A DNA stretch of 64,000 nt from Macrostomum lignano (taxonomy: Eukaryota). The stretch is taken from assembly GCA_002269645.1 (NCBI GenBank), contig NIVC01000011.1, forward strand, positions 368,647 through 432,646. Direction: 5' to 3'. The notes beneath the pieces are model-generated. The model did no database searches, was not told where the DNA came from, and saw nothing but the letters and a program-made list of their open reading frames with translations. Both the position numbers and the translations under genes were made by a program. Below, piece after piece: positions 24,451 through 38,042 of the stretch. The first letter of the stretch is position 1; every line of letters begins with the position of its first letter.

Positions 24451-25248
24451 ACAACTCTCTTGAGTCTTGGAATTTCAGCAGTTCCTTCTTGACCCTTACC
24501 ATCTCATAGACCTTGGTATCTTTGCAATTCCCTCGAAAGCGAGAACTGACTTTTGTAAAGCAAAAAATAAGTTTTATTATCTTGAAAAAATGAATTCTAG
24601 GATTATACTCGTAGAATATTCCATAATTAAATATGAATTCAGAACTGTACATGCTCAATTAAAACAGTTGCACCCTTACTGCAGTATACCGCAGTTTTAA
24701 TTACGCCATAGTCAATATTTCTCTATATATCTAGCTTATATTACACCCGCCGCCTTATCAGCTAATATCCTTTTCCTCACCAGAATCCTTCAGAGAGAGA
24801 TTTTACGACAAGCAAGCGATGACGTTTCATAGAGGGAAGGGAGCTAAGCTGAAAGAGAAGCTGAGAGAAACTTCACTAAGCCCGTCGATTGACGATAGAT
24901 AGGCCGTCTTGAGTTGGCGGAGTAAGATACGCAGCTGAGCACTAAACCTTTATAACTGTGACTAAATTAGAATTCGCGGACAGAATAGCTGAGCTGCAGT
25001 AAGGGGGCAAGTGAGGATAGGGAGGAGGAAAGCGTCTCATGAGTTTCTGTTTGCGGGCGATATCTGTCAGCAAGCAGAAGCCACCCACGTAGCAGAGTTC
25101 CTTTGGGTTTTTTTGCCGGCATCATCAAGGCTAAATTTAGGCTGCCGTGAACTCTTTCGCAAGGTGCTGCGTGTTGTATTTCAATGCTGCTTAATTACAT
25201 GTATGAAGCTAGCTTTTTATACAGATGCGCTTCACTCAATACGTCATG

Positions 25249-27112
<1,864 letters not shown>

Positions 27113-27893
27113 TATCTTCTATCTACTAACTCTACCTTTGGATTAGTCAAGACCTGTTTTCACGTCATACAGCAAAATTCTGTGTAATGGGGACATTTCT
27201 AAGTAGCTAAAGAAGCAGAAGCATAATGCTTAGGAATATCCATGCTGATCCGCTTTGAGAGTGCAGGTAAACAAGGCTGCATATGTTGTGCACAGCATTT
27301 CTGTCTCTTTAATTACTTTCTAAACCAGAGTTTTCCAAGCCTGTTTTCCACCAAGGCGGGATGAAGGAAACGCAGGTGTACACGTGACGTAAAGCTAATT
27401 GCATCCGAGGAAAGGCTTGGGTGAAATATGTCTTGAGAGTCGTATCGAGGAAAGGAGTGACTGTTCGAGATGGGAAATTCGTTGTGGATCTATACCTTTG
27501 CTACTATTTCTCTTTCCTACATGCAAAGTACTATAGTGCTAGGGATTTAGCTCTGCTCTTTAATTAGGTATCTGCTCCTGCTCATTGCTAGCTTTTCATA
27601 CCATGAGTGCCAATTCATTCAACAAGTCTCTCGCTGTTTGCATCCTGCGACTAAAAATTGGCTTCCTCATGAATCCCGCATGCATCCGTCATCGCTGCGC
27701 AACTGCAGTAAGCTGCACCGCCGCTGTGCTTTCTGGTCTTTTAGAAGTAGCTATAATTCAAATCTAGCTTCAGTCTCTTTCACAATGCCTCCAATTCAAT
27801 GTAAGTCACGCTATGCCTGGAAATCTCTGTGCTATAGAAATTTACAATACATCTTTTTCGTGTGCGATATGGGTCTTCCAGCCTGTTTGCTTT

Positions 27894-28265
<372 letters not shown>

Positions 28266-28862
28266 ACATAGGCTATACCTGCCTTTCTAAATAGTCTTAC
28301 CAGAACTTTTTACTTTTTGCATTAATCAGCAACGACATGTGCCTCGCGTGAGCTGTAGACTTACAGGCAATTACGGCATATATCATTTAAAAGTTAGCCT
28401 TGGACTATGAACTCATGCCTTGCGTGATTTCTGACGTTCACGGGAAGCAGATTTCCAAGAGCTGTCAGTGTCATAAATACATCCGGTGAACGAGCGGATT
28501 AGCGCTCTACATTTTCAACATCAACCTTTTTTAGCTTGTGCCTTCGCTGAAAGAACAGGCATGCCGAGTTATATTTTGGTGAATACTTGAAAAGTGTAGA
28601 CTAATTTCCATTGTTATCAATATTCAATTAGGCGCGTCGCAATGCTTTTCGAATCACTCTGACAACCGCATGTAGCATGGCAGATAGCATTCGAGTAGTG
28701 TCAACAACCACAGGTCCCGAAGCGGGTGGGTGAATCTCAGTTTGCACAACCGTGATTAATCAATTATGAAAGAATTGATCAACATCCGAGCAAATTCTAC
28801 ACGACCCAAAACTCCCGATGCACCCTGCTGCTGAAATATAAGTTTAGATAGTCAGTCCATCA

Positions 28863-29837
28863 CTACAGCCCGATAGTCTGAGCAGTCCAGAACAGCACAA
28901 TATTGGCCACATCAGCAGCCTGATCCCACTCGATGGCATCCAGCGTGTCGGCTGGCGTGTGCCACACCGCGGGAAACGGCTGCGGTATGAGGTGCACAGT
29001 CGGCACGCCGATCTCCTGGAATGGCAGCTGGTCGTCCTGCACCGTCCCTGAGCCGATCTTCATCAGCTGGAAGTAGTCGAAGTCGGGCTCGTCGCTGCCG
29101 GGTATAATCGCAGCCTCGGTGGCGCCTAGCTGGATGAACATCCGCATCTCGGTGTCGATCACTCGCTCATCGCTGCTGGGATGCGGGTTATAGTAGAACT
29201 TCGGATTCCTGCCACCGATCAGGTCCAGCAGCACCAGCGCTTCGATCTGCTGCGCAGTTCCATCCTGGGCCCATTTTTGGGCCAGATGACGCGATCCGTA
29301 CAGCGAGTCCGTCCGCGTCCACTCCTTGAAGGCTTCCTCGCCGTCGAAGAACACCAGCTGAAGGATGTCAACGCCTGGGCCTGGAGGACTCAGTCGACTC
29401 GCTCTGGCTACGGCCCTGCCGATGGTTTCGGCAGCGCGCAGCAGCACAGCGCAGGGAACCGCCGAGTCGGTGGCTCCGACGAATCCGGGCAACAGTTTTG
29501 AGTCGTAGTGCGCAGCGAGGACCAGACGGCGTTGTCCACTCGAGCCGGATTGAGCATCGTTAAGACGCAGCGTAGCGATGATGTTATCGAACCGCTGCCT
29601 GCCTATCGGTGTCTCGGCATGGAACGTGTCTAATTCGACTTGCCAACCAGGCTGACGCGACAGAAACTCGACCAGATGGTTGCGAACCCGCCGATGGCCG
29701 GATGTGCCAACCTGCCTGATAACGGCGAGCGGCTCTGAGAGTTCAGCTAGACGGGCAGGTGAGACGCTGATGGCTCGGTCGTTTCTCGCGTCAGTTGTTG
29801 CCAGAAACGTTAGTAACAAGAGAATCAGAGGCGCCAT
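28863..29837 (-). CDS. QPCT: Glutaminyl-peptide cyclotransferase (glutaminyl cyclase, M28 fold), secreted, intronless, about 324 aa from ATG 29837 (ORF is open from 29900)
   Basis: Motifs LVLAAHYDSK, GATDSAVPC, LVFFDGEEAF..W..TDSLYGSRHLA, LLDLIG, QDD.LPF, VPTVHLIP.PFP.VWHT; Zn ligands D, E and H present; signal peptide MAPLILLLLTFLATTDA. Confidence 0.96.
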   Translation of the reverse strand: MAPLILLLLTFLATTDARNDRAISVSPARLAELSEPLAVIRQVGTSGHRRVRNHLVEFLSRQPGWQVELDTFHAETPIGRQRFDNIIATLRLNDAQSGSSGQRRLVLAAHYDSKLLPGFVGATDSAVPCAVLLRAAETIGRAVARASRLSPPGPGVDILQLVFFDGEEAFKEWTRTDSLYGSRHLAQKWAQDGTAQQIEALVLLDLIGGRNPKFYYNPHPSSDERVIDTEMRMFIQLGATEAAIIPGSDEPDFDYFQLMKIGSGTVQDDQLPFQEIGVPTVHLIPQPFPAVWHTPADTLDAIEWDQAADVANIVLFWTAQTIGL

Positions 29838-29922
29838 CGCTTGTTCCACCGCGAAGGCAGGTGGGTGGAGCCTATTCAGTTTGTGTGCTTGGCAACCCAT
29901 CTAGCTTTGTTTGTTAACGGTC

Positions 29923-29929
29923 TTTTATA
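29923..29929 (-). promoter_or_regulatory. Candidate TATA box (TATAAAA) for QPCT
   Basis: Places the TSS near 29900, which favours ATG 29837 as the start; positional inference only. Confidence 0.45.
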
Positions 29930-31228
29930 GAAGTGTTGGGGGATGGGGGCTTCCTTCGCACGCGTCTGTCTGGCCCGGGTGGGGTCGCGTGTTTTCCCTA
30001 GCCGGATGAAAGGAGAGGACGGGCCTCCGGGCGAATGGTAAGTAGGCGAGTGGGCGGGGGAAGAGGGGGCTGGGGAAGGGAGGCAAAATTAGAAGGGAGT
30101 AGCTAGCTTGAGCCTGCTGGGATGATGGTCTTACACGGTTGCTGCCGTGTGGGCGTCGGATTGTCAAGTGGAGGACGAATCGGGTGGGGGCTGTTCTCTC
30201 TCAGTAGCCAGGGGGGAGGGGACAGATGCATTGCGAGTGTGGGAATAAGCGGGGTTGGCGTGCTGCAGCGATGAAGAGAGAAGGATAGGATTGGGTAGCA
30301 ACTGACTCGTCAGGGCCGTGAAACTTCAACGCAGCCGGCTCATGGGGTATGGAGGCGATTAAGCCTTTGTGCAGGCTTAGCCGAGTATGCCAATTTTCTC
30401 TAAGAGTACAGGCATAGCAAATCCGGCCTTATTTTCGAAGGTCTGCAGACACAAAGCAAGGGTTTTGGGACAGACAGTCAGTCTGGAGTCATGAGGTTTT
30501 TCACACCCCGCTTTCAACACTCACTGTAGGCAATGATTGAAGCAGTCCCACGGGCAGGAATGCTTTCAAACAACATCTGTTGTTGCTTACGCCACTTGAT
30601 TGATGTAAAAATTTCCACAGTTAAAGTACACTGGTGAAGATTAGGTATGCTGACAGTAACACCGAATGTCACTTCTCAATGAGTATAGATTCCCTAAAAG
30701 AGATGATTTGTTGTGGTCTTTAACCCCATTTAGTTCTTTTCGAATTATTTGATGTATTTCAATTTTTAATCAATACTTTAAAACCTTTTAAGATTAATTT
30801 TCATCATATATCAGCAATATCAAGATCTATCGAGCAGTATGGCCACTTATTTGCATGCTTCGAAGCATTTTTATCTTGAAACAAAATTAGCATATATTGA
30901 CTCGCCCAAAAAAAGCTAAATTCCAATATTTACGAGTAGATGCAATTTTAAGTCTAAAAATAGAAAAACAGATGGTTTCCATTTCATATTGAATCAATTA
31001 CAAAAGTCTACTATTTTAGGCTAGTATGAATATGCTAAATTGAGCTATTATAGCCTACCGATGCAAAATCGATTAAACCCGGAAGTTCAACCGATTACAT
31101 TGTCGCATCAAGCTACGATAAAATGCTTTCGCCAGGTACGCTTGCACTCCACAGTCCGGTCACCAACTTCTAATCAAGCGTTCTTTCTCTCTGCACTCTT
31201 AACTACTTAATTGACACTCTTAATTGAC

Positions 31229-31267
31229 TACACCTGCTGCCCCAATGGGCGGATGTGCAACCGACAG
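31229..31267 (-). mobile_element. 3' fragment of the CORE-like SINE
   Basis: TACACCTGCTGCCCCAATGGGCGGATGTGCAACCGACAG matches the SINE end at 1204-1238. Confidence 0.75.
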
Positions 31268-31679
31268 AAATAATATAACTGTTTATAGTCTATAAGCTCA
31301 TAGACTAGTCATTCAGGAGTCATAAATATTGTTATTTTGTTAAAAAAATGTTTCCGCACGCCACGACTTGAGCATCTCTACAATAGAAACTAATTATTTT
31401 AGTTTCTTATAGTTGCATTTTTTATTAAAACTACGAGAAAAAATATCTGGATATTACATTTTCCAGTTACTACTCCAAATTTTCGTTTAAGGACTCCATG
31501 AATGAAGTTTAAACTATGCACTATAACATTTGCCTAACCAACATTTCAGGATGTCAAAAAAGCTGTCTATAATTCCGGAACTGTAGAAACTTCATCGCAC
31601 GCCACTGTCAGAGTTGCGAAAGTTGTTCTATTTTATTTTTATAGTTCTGCTTTCAGGATCATCTGTGAATACTCGACTA

Positions 31680-32190
31680 CAGGGGCGTCGCTATGGATTT
31701 TATGGTTGGGGTGACAGAGCCACGAGTTCTACAGGTACAGGTACATTATTTTCAGAATTGGCGTTGTCAGCACTCGTTTTATTAGCGCCGCAGGCACTCA
31801 TTTTTGCGCAGCGGGCACTCTTTTTGGCGCCGCAAGCAGGCACTCATTTTGGCGCCGCAGACACTTGGCGCCGCAAGCAGGCACTCATTTTGGCGCTGCA
31901 AGCAGGCTCTCATTTTGTCGCCGCAGACTCTCATTTTGGCGCTACAGACACTCATTTTGGCGCCGCAAGCAGGCACTCATTTTGGCACCGCAGACACTCA
32001 TTCTGGCGCCGCAGACACTCATTTTGGCACCGCATGCGCTTTATTTTGCGCCCTAAAGCAAAATTATTGATTTTTATAGCGGGTCACAAGGTTGGGTGGG
32101 CGGAAAAAGCATTGGCATGCCCCTTATAGCTTTTACTGGAGGGAACCAGTCCCGGCCCGTGTCCCCCCTCCCCCCAGTGGCAACGCCCTG
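31680..32190 (+). mobile_element. Non-autonomous hAT-like MITE with internal CACTCATTTTGGCGCCGCA tandem expansion
   Basis: Termini CAGGGGCGTCGC / GCAACGCCCTG; ends homologous to the element at 44181-44597 in opposite orientation; TSD not preserved. Confidence 0.75.
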
Positions 32191-33783
32191 CTTCAACAAG
32201 GGATTTATTAAAACAAAGAACTTTTTTCTTCAACAAGCCTACAGAATTTTACGTACAAATCAGTTTAAGCTGCAACCGACGAATTGCTAGAGTAGATATT
32301 TGAAAAATGTATTATTAGTTCATTTATAAAATTAGTTTAAGTACATGTACTTTTAGTTTAATTTTTCATCCATCTCTAACTTAGACAGGCAGGAACATAT
32401 ACCCGAGACTGTAAGGATATGAAAAGTTGCAATCGAATATTTCATATTTTATGTTTCTCATCGGGGAAACAATCAATAAACGATTTTAATTTACACCAGT
32501 GCCTACTTGCATGCATTTGCACATTCTGTGATAATCTTGAGTAGTTAGATCCGGTCATTATACGAATGTAAAATGTTGTTAACCATGATCAAAATGGCTG
32601 ACAAATTCTCCAAATTTTATAGAACAGTAGATGAAACTAAAATCTATGAAAGTGCAACCATTTACTGAACTGTCTACTGTAAGTAATATGCACGAGACAA
32701 TTTGAAGATTTTAAAACTCATGCGACCAGCGGAAATTGATACGATCGTAGTGCAGCTTCAGACCACCGTCAAGTGAAACAGGACGTCACACTCGCATTTC
32801 TTAGAAATCGATACCTTCTTAGAGAAGTACGAGTACAACAAGTTCTTGAGCTTCCAGAATTGAAGGAAATTATCAAAGCAGTTTTAAACCACTATTGAAC
32901 TGGCGAAGAAAGTCATATCGCTGAAAATCGACCATTGTCTGCGTTAATAATACGCTCGTACGCTCGTAGTCGTTACGGAGAATCGAAACTGCATTGTTTG
33001 AAATAAGGACTAGAATTTTACATGTTACATGTACTTTCCAGTAATATAAATCTTTTCAAGTTTTTTCAAACAATATGGATTCGAAAACAATTTCCTTTTT
33101 GAATTTTTGTTTAAAAAATTAACTGCAAATCATAAATTCAAATGTATTGTCAACGAATATAAACAATACGTTTACGAGGTTGAAGACTGGAATGGTTTAA
33201 TCACTGGTGTAACAAAAAGGTATTGAGTAATCAGCAATTCAGGACTATTATTCCGAATCAAAAATCATCAACTTTTTTGTAGAAATCAAACGCCAAATAG
33301 AGAAGCAAATTTACATGCAAATGTAGGTTGCACAAACGACCGCATGGGGCTGGATGACTGAAAAGGTAATGCACTGGATAGTTGAAGCTACTATACAGCA
33401 CAATTTCTGACAACCAAGTGTAAAGTTGTTGAGACAAGGACTTTAAACTATTAATCAAGACACAGTGGGTTTTGAATTAAACGCCATTATCAGACTAAGG
33501 CCGGTCAAAGATAAGGCCCCACCGAACGCTGAGAAAGAAATCTCAAAGTTTTAATAGATAAAATTTTGATTTACAGAACGACACAAAAATGATATGGAAA
33601 TGCACGTTTAAAATCGAGTTTTGATTTTCCAGATAGTGTCGGATGCTGCTGTATTGAAATTTATCGAACAAAATGACAAAGATTATCTGATGGATTGCAA
33701 TGAAATAGAATAGGTTTCTTTAGTGCCTTACGATTCTTGCGATTCTAGTTCGAGCGCTCGAACCAACCAAACCGACCCGAAGC

Positions 33784-36700
33784 TCAGCGAGGCAGGCCAA
33801 CGCTGCGCCGGCGAGAAAGCTGTTTACATCCGTTGAACTCGTAGCCGCTACAGGCAACGAGGTGCAGTCCGCCAGCCGACCGAGACATGCCGATTACTCC
33901 ACCGCCGCTGGCCTCTGACTCGACGTCAGTGGTGGCAGCCGATGTTGCCATGGCGTTGTCCAGCTGGCAGCCGCCAAGTCGCGAGCAGCTGAGCAGCAGA
34001 CAGCGACTAAAGCCTCGCATTGGACAGGCAAACAGCAGAAGAGGCTGCAATCCGGCTGAGTCATCTTTGTCTTGAGCTGTCTTCGCACCATTACCATTGT
34101 CGTCAATGTCCTCTTCGGTGTTGCTGGTGATGCCTCGATCGAACCAGATCTGATTAACCCACACAGGCGGGTGCAACTCGTACCTAAGTAGGGGTTATTT
34201 TATTGGCGTAACCGCATATCAAGAAAGGCATGGAATCTATTCAAATTTTACAATTAAAATATTGAAAAATTACGCCTGACAGGAAAATTTAGGTTTTAGA
34301 TTCATATTTGTTAAATAACTCTAGTTTACAGTTTCGCGAATCTACGCTATTTTAATGTAGTCAACGGTTCAACAGGGCTTCAGGACATTCAACACAATGA
34401 CATTCGTGTCCTCAATTTCTGCATTCAATCAGCTAATTGAAATAGTCATACGTAATGCTCTCGAAATCAAATCTCGAATTCACCTGGGAAACGTCTGCGC
34501 GTACTGAGGAAACTCCACAACGAACAGCGGTAGCTCTTTTGCCCGTCGATAAACCAGCAGAGCCGCTCCAGCTGACCAGTGCGATGCGAACAGGCAGAGG
34601 AAAGTTCTACCAACTGCGCACAGGACAAGCCTCTCGTAGTTGCTAGGCAGACTGTAGGCGGCAGCGGAACGGCAGATCCAGGCGTCCCAGATGTCGCTAG
34701 TGGCAGTCGAACTTCCTGATGTCGGCTTGCAGTCGTCACGGCAGGCGAACTCTCTCAACCAGAACATCGGCTCCGTAGTGGAGGCTGACGCTGGCGTCAT
34801 AACCGCCGTGAATCCCACGGTGTCGTCGGCATTGTCATCAGCGCTGGCTTCGTTGTCGCCGAATCCGCTGGCTGGTGGCGGCGCCGCATTGAAAGGCAAA
34901 ACGTCGCGCACCAGCTGGTCGTCGCTGCCGATGCGAGCAACGCATTGAAGACGAACTCCAATTGAACTGTCGCTGCCACCACCGCAGCAGCAGCAGGAGC
35001 AGTGCAGCTGCACAACGGCCGCCGTACCATCGGTCAGAGCGGCGACAACAAAGCAACGTCTTGGCTGCGATTGCAAAGCTGACATCGCCGGAGTTGGCAA
35101 AAGTGTCGACAAGCTCACCCGACGTGTGCGCAAATTGCGACGTCGGCAACGCCTGCCAGGGGATTCAGACAGGCACCAGAGGCGACACTGCGATGAATCG
35201 GACGGCAGTTGATGCTTCTGGTGCGACTGCTGAGCTGCGAGAGCCGACAGTTGAAGGGAAGCAGCAATCGTTGCTCTGGATTCTGGAGCAGCCGACGTCT
35301 ATAATGTGGTAGTGGTCAGATTTTGTGTACTCTTTGCAGCTGAATTCTGCGTTATAGAATAGATCTTCTAATATACTAAAAATGAAAATCTTGCTTGTAG
35401 TTTATTCTAAACATAAAATTGAGACATTGGTTTTCCCAAATGTTTAGTGTGACTTGAACTCTTTGATGGTTAGCAGTGACTCACGAGTGAAATTTTGAGG
35501 GTTCAAGTCTTGACCCACTCAGAAAAATTTGTGTCCTTGAGCAAGACGCTTAACTCTGCATTGCTTCAGTCTCTAACCAGCTGTAAAATTGGTGCCAGCA
35601 TTACGAGCTAGCTGGGGTAATTGAGGGTGTGTGTGGCGACCCCCCAGTCTTGGACTGAACAACCATACATAGCCTTTGGATTAGGGCAGGTGCAATCAAT
35701 TATTGCTATTATAAGTGCGAAAAATAAGTTTCATCGAAATCGTCTTAATATTCAAGAAGTGCTCAGAACTGAATGAAGCTTGCCTTATCAGACACTATCC
35801 AAGCCATGAGGCGATTGGATGCCGTGAGTCCCAGTGCAACTTGAACACTACCGGCGCTCTTCTCCGACAGCATGCTCCGACTCTGCAGGCTATTTCGACG
35901 ACCGGCAGCTCCCGCATAGCCAGCATTTCCACTGACGCACGTGTGAAGCCCGATCGCGGCAAGTCTCTCCAGTCTGCCCGAGCATCCGGTCATGTCCAAC
36001 GTCGACCATTTCGAAGTCGTCGGCGATGAAGAAAACGGCGCCAACGGCAGGCGGACGAGAATGGCGCCAAGTGCGTTGGCTGAGACGCTTCGACTGGGTG
36101 GTTGAGCAACAGCGCAGGCGACTCCGCCGCAGTCGGCCAGACAGCCGAGGTGACTGCCGACATGGCAGCCGGAAGACAGAGCGCCGGGCCACCAGCGAAA
36201 CGCCTCATTGCCGGCGCCGTCGTAGACGCTTCCAGCTGGACAGAGAATTTGAGCACTCTGACAGCTGTTGGCTTCGCTTAATCGGTTAGTGTTCGGTGCA
36301 TAGTGCCATAAGTGAAGGCGCGTTTGCCGACCTGTGATAGGGAGCAGATGAGTGCAAATTATTTGGGATAATGTCGCTGCGCTGAATAAGACTAATGCTG
36401 TCAGGAGCCCATTATGAGCATTAACAAAGCTGCTCCTGTCACAGGGGGGCATTATTTTTAGTTTTTGGGGTGCCCCACAGCAAGTCATAGTCGTTCAAAT
36501 TGAAATCGTTAAAAATTGCTTTCAAAACTTAAAAAAGTACTCGTAGAACTACACATAACTCTATCTTGCATAGATTAAAGAGCTACGACTAATTTACCTG
36601 GCACCTGGCAAACACGCAGACAGACCAATCGCCACAGCGACTTCAATTTTGGCGACGTTGTCATTGGCGACAGACCGACTTGGCCGCTGTCGGTCCGCTC

Positions 36701-37033
36701 CACCGCGCCCTCGGTGCAGTCAATCCAGGCGCACGACAGCCGGCACTTCGCTGCTGTCTCCTGTATGAAGCGCCGATCGCTGGCGCAATCGCGAGACGGT
36801 CGCCGACGCAGGCCCATCCGAAGGCCGACGGCCGACCACAAATGGCTATCAAAGTCAACTCGAGCCAGCCAATGGGAGTTTACCAGACGGCAGGTTGCAA
36901 GCGAGCGACAGTCGAGCAGGCTGAGGATTTGGCTTTGCAGCTCGCAGGGCAGAATGCGCAGCGGATCAGTTGAAAATTTTTCCAAACAAGTGCTGTTGAA
37001 ATGGGTTTCATCTTGATTGAACATGTCTGACAT
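33784..37033 (-). CDS. F-box domain protein with low-complexity, possibly divergent WD/beta-propeller C-terminus, about 704-732 aa; exons 37033-36598, 36331-(35852 or 35784), (35282 or 35298)-34484, 34183-33784
   Basis: F-box DPLRILPCELQSQILSLLDCRSLATCRLVNSHW; introns 1 (CCAG|GTAAAT..CACAG) and 3 (AG|GTGAAT..CTTAG) are phase-consistent; intron 2 has two in-phase solutions. Confidence 0.8.
35466..35696 (+). mobile_element. Diverged CORE-like SINE (copy 3) in F-box intron 2, antisense to the gene
   Basis: GTGTCCTTGAGCAAGACGCTTAACTCTGCATTGCTTCAG and downstream sequence match copy 2; deletion near the 3' end. Confidence 0.88.
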
Positions 37034-37401
37034 GTGTTTCAACTGGCATCAATTGAAAAAGATGAAATAATTAGGATATGGTTCCTGATTTGAAATATTG
37101 TCCGGATAAGGAATTAAGAAAATATTTAACATCAATTATTAACTTCAAACTATTCTTTTTGCAATAAAATGAAATAAAAAATTCTTTAAATACAATATAT
37201 TTTTGTTGGGAATTATACTATACAAAAGAATTGCCTAGAAGAGTCCCAAAGACATATTTTGGTAATTTTATATTATAAGTGAAATTCTGCGCTCATTAAA
37301 AACTTTTAAAGTCTTGATGAATGAATCTCGGTGCTTATGAAACAAGTGTACAAAATTCAGAACCATAAAGCTCGTGATACTGATACAATGATTAATAAAA
37401 G

Positions 37402-37513
37402 GGCAATCTTCAAGTTTCGTTCGTTTAATTATTTCCGGAATTATTTTCGCCCTCTATTCAAGGGTGGTGGGGGGTGGGTGTTGGAATTAAACGAACGAAA
37501 CTTGAAGAATGCC
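37402..37513. repeat. 29-bp inverted repeat (1 mismatch) with 54-nt spacer; MITE-like or hairpin
   Basis: GGCAATCTTCAAGTTTCGTTCGTTTAATT ... AATTAAACGAACGAAACTTGAAGAATGCC. Confidence 0.85.
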
Positions 37514-37693
37514 AATAATATATAAACAGCCACATGACACAAATAACAGAAAAACGAAAATAACGTCTTGCTAGAAAATGACCAACTATTTAAGCTTTTA
37601 AAAATGAGCAAATTATAAGTCCACGAAAAAGGTAATACCTTTAATTTTTTAATACCAACTAAATGCATAATTTAAGAAACAACGAATTGCAAA

Positions 37694-38042
37694 TCTAAAT
37701 ATACTAAATCTCTAAGGTTTGTTTGTATGCTTGTCCATAACGCTCTAGAGATTGCAATTCTCGACCGATTTCGATCGCGTTTTCGCCAAAAGATTTGTAA
37801 TCAGCCTGGGATTGTATGGTTAAAATTTCTTGTATCTGCTTCAATGCTAAAGGGATTAAATATTCGAAAAACTGTTTTAAATGGGCTTTTTCAATGCAAA
37901 TTTTATCAGCGAGAAACTTCACAGTCAATTTTAATTGATTGCGCCAGAGCCAACTGATAAGAAAACTCACTGGGCCCCACTTAAAGGGGGGGGGCAATAA
38001 AAAAATTATTCTGGCTGCTGGCAGCCAGCTCTAATTAGCTAG
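37694..38042 (+). mobile_element. Short, apparently complete non-autonomous Helitron-like element (about 350 bp), followed head-to-tail by a second 5' end at 38043
   Basis: A|TCTAAATATACTAAA 5' end; internal AATGCTAAAGGGATTAAATATTCGAAA shared with the 55.7, 58.7 and 62.0 kb units; 3' hairpin CTGGCTGC-TG-GCAGCCAG (38011-38028), then CTAG|TCCATATACTAAAAATGG. Confidence 0.75.

Noticed and set aside
32740-32900. Coding-looking plus-strand stretch (FLRNRYLLREVRVQQVLELPELKEIIKAVLNHY*)
   Set aside because: No start codon, partner exons or recognisable domain
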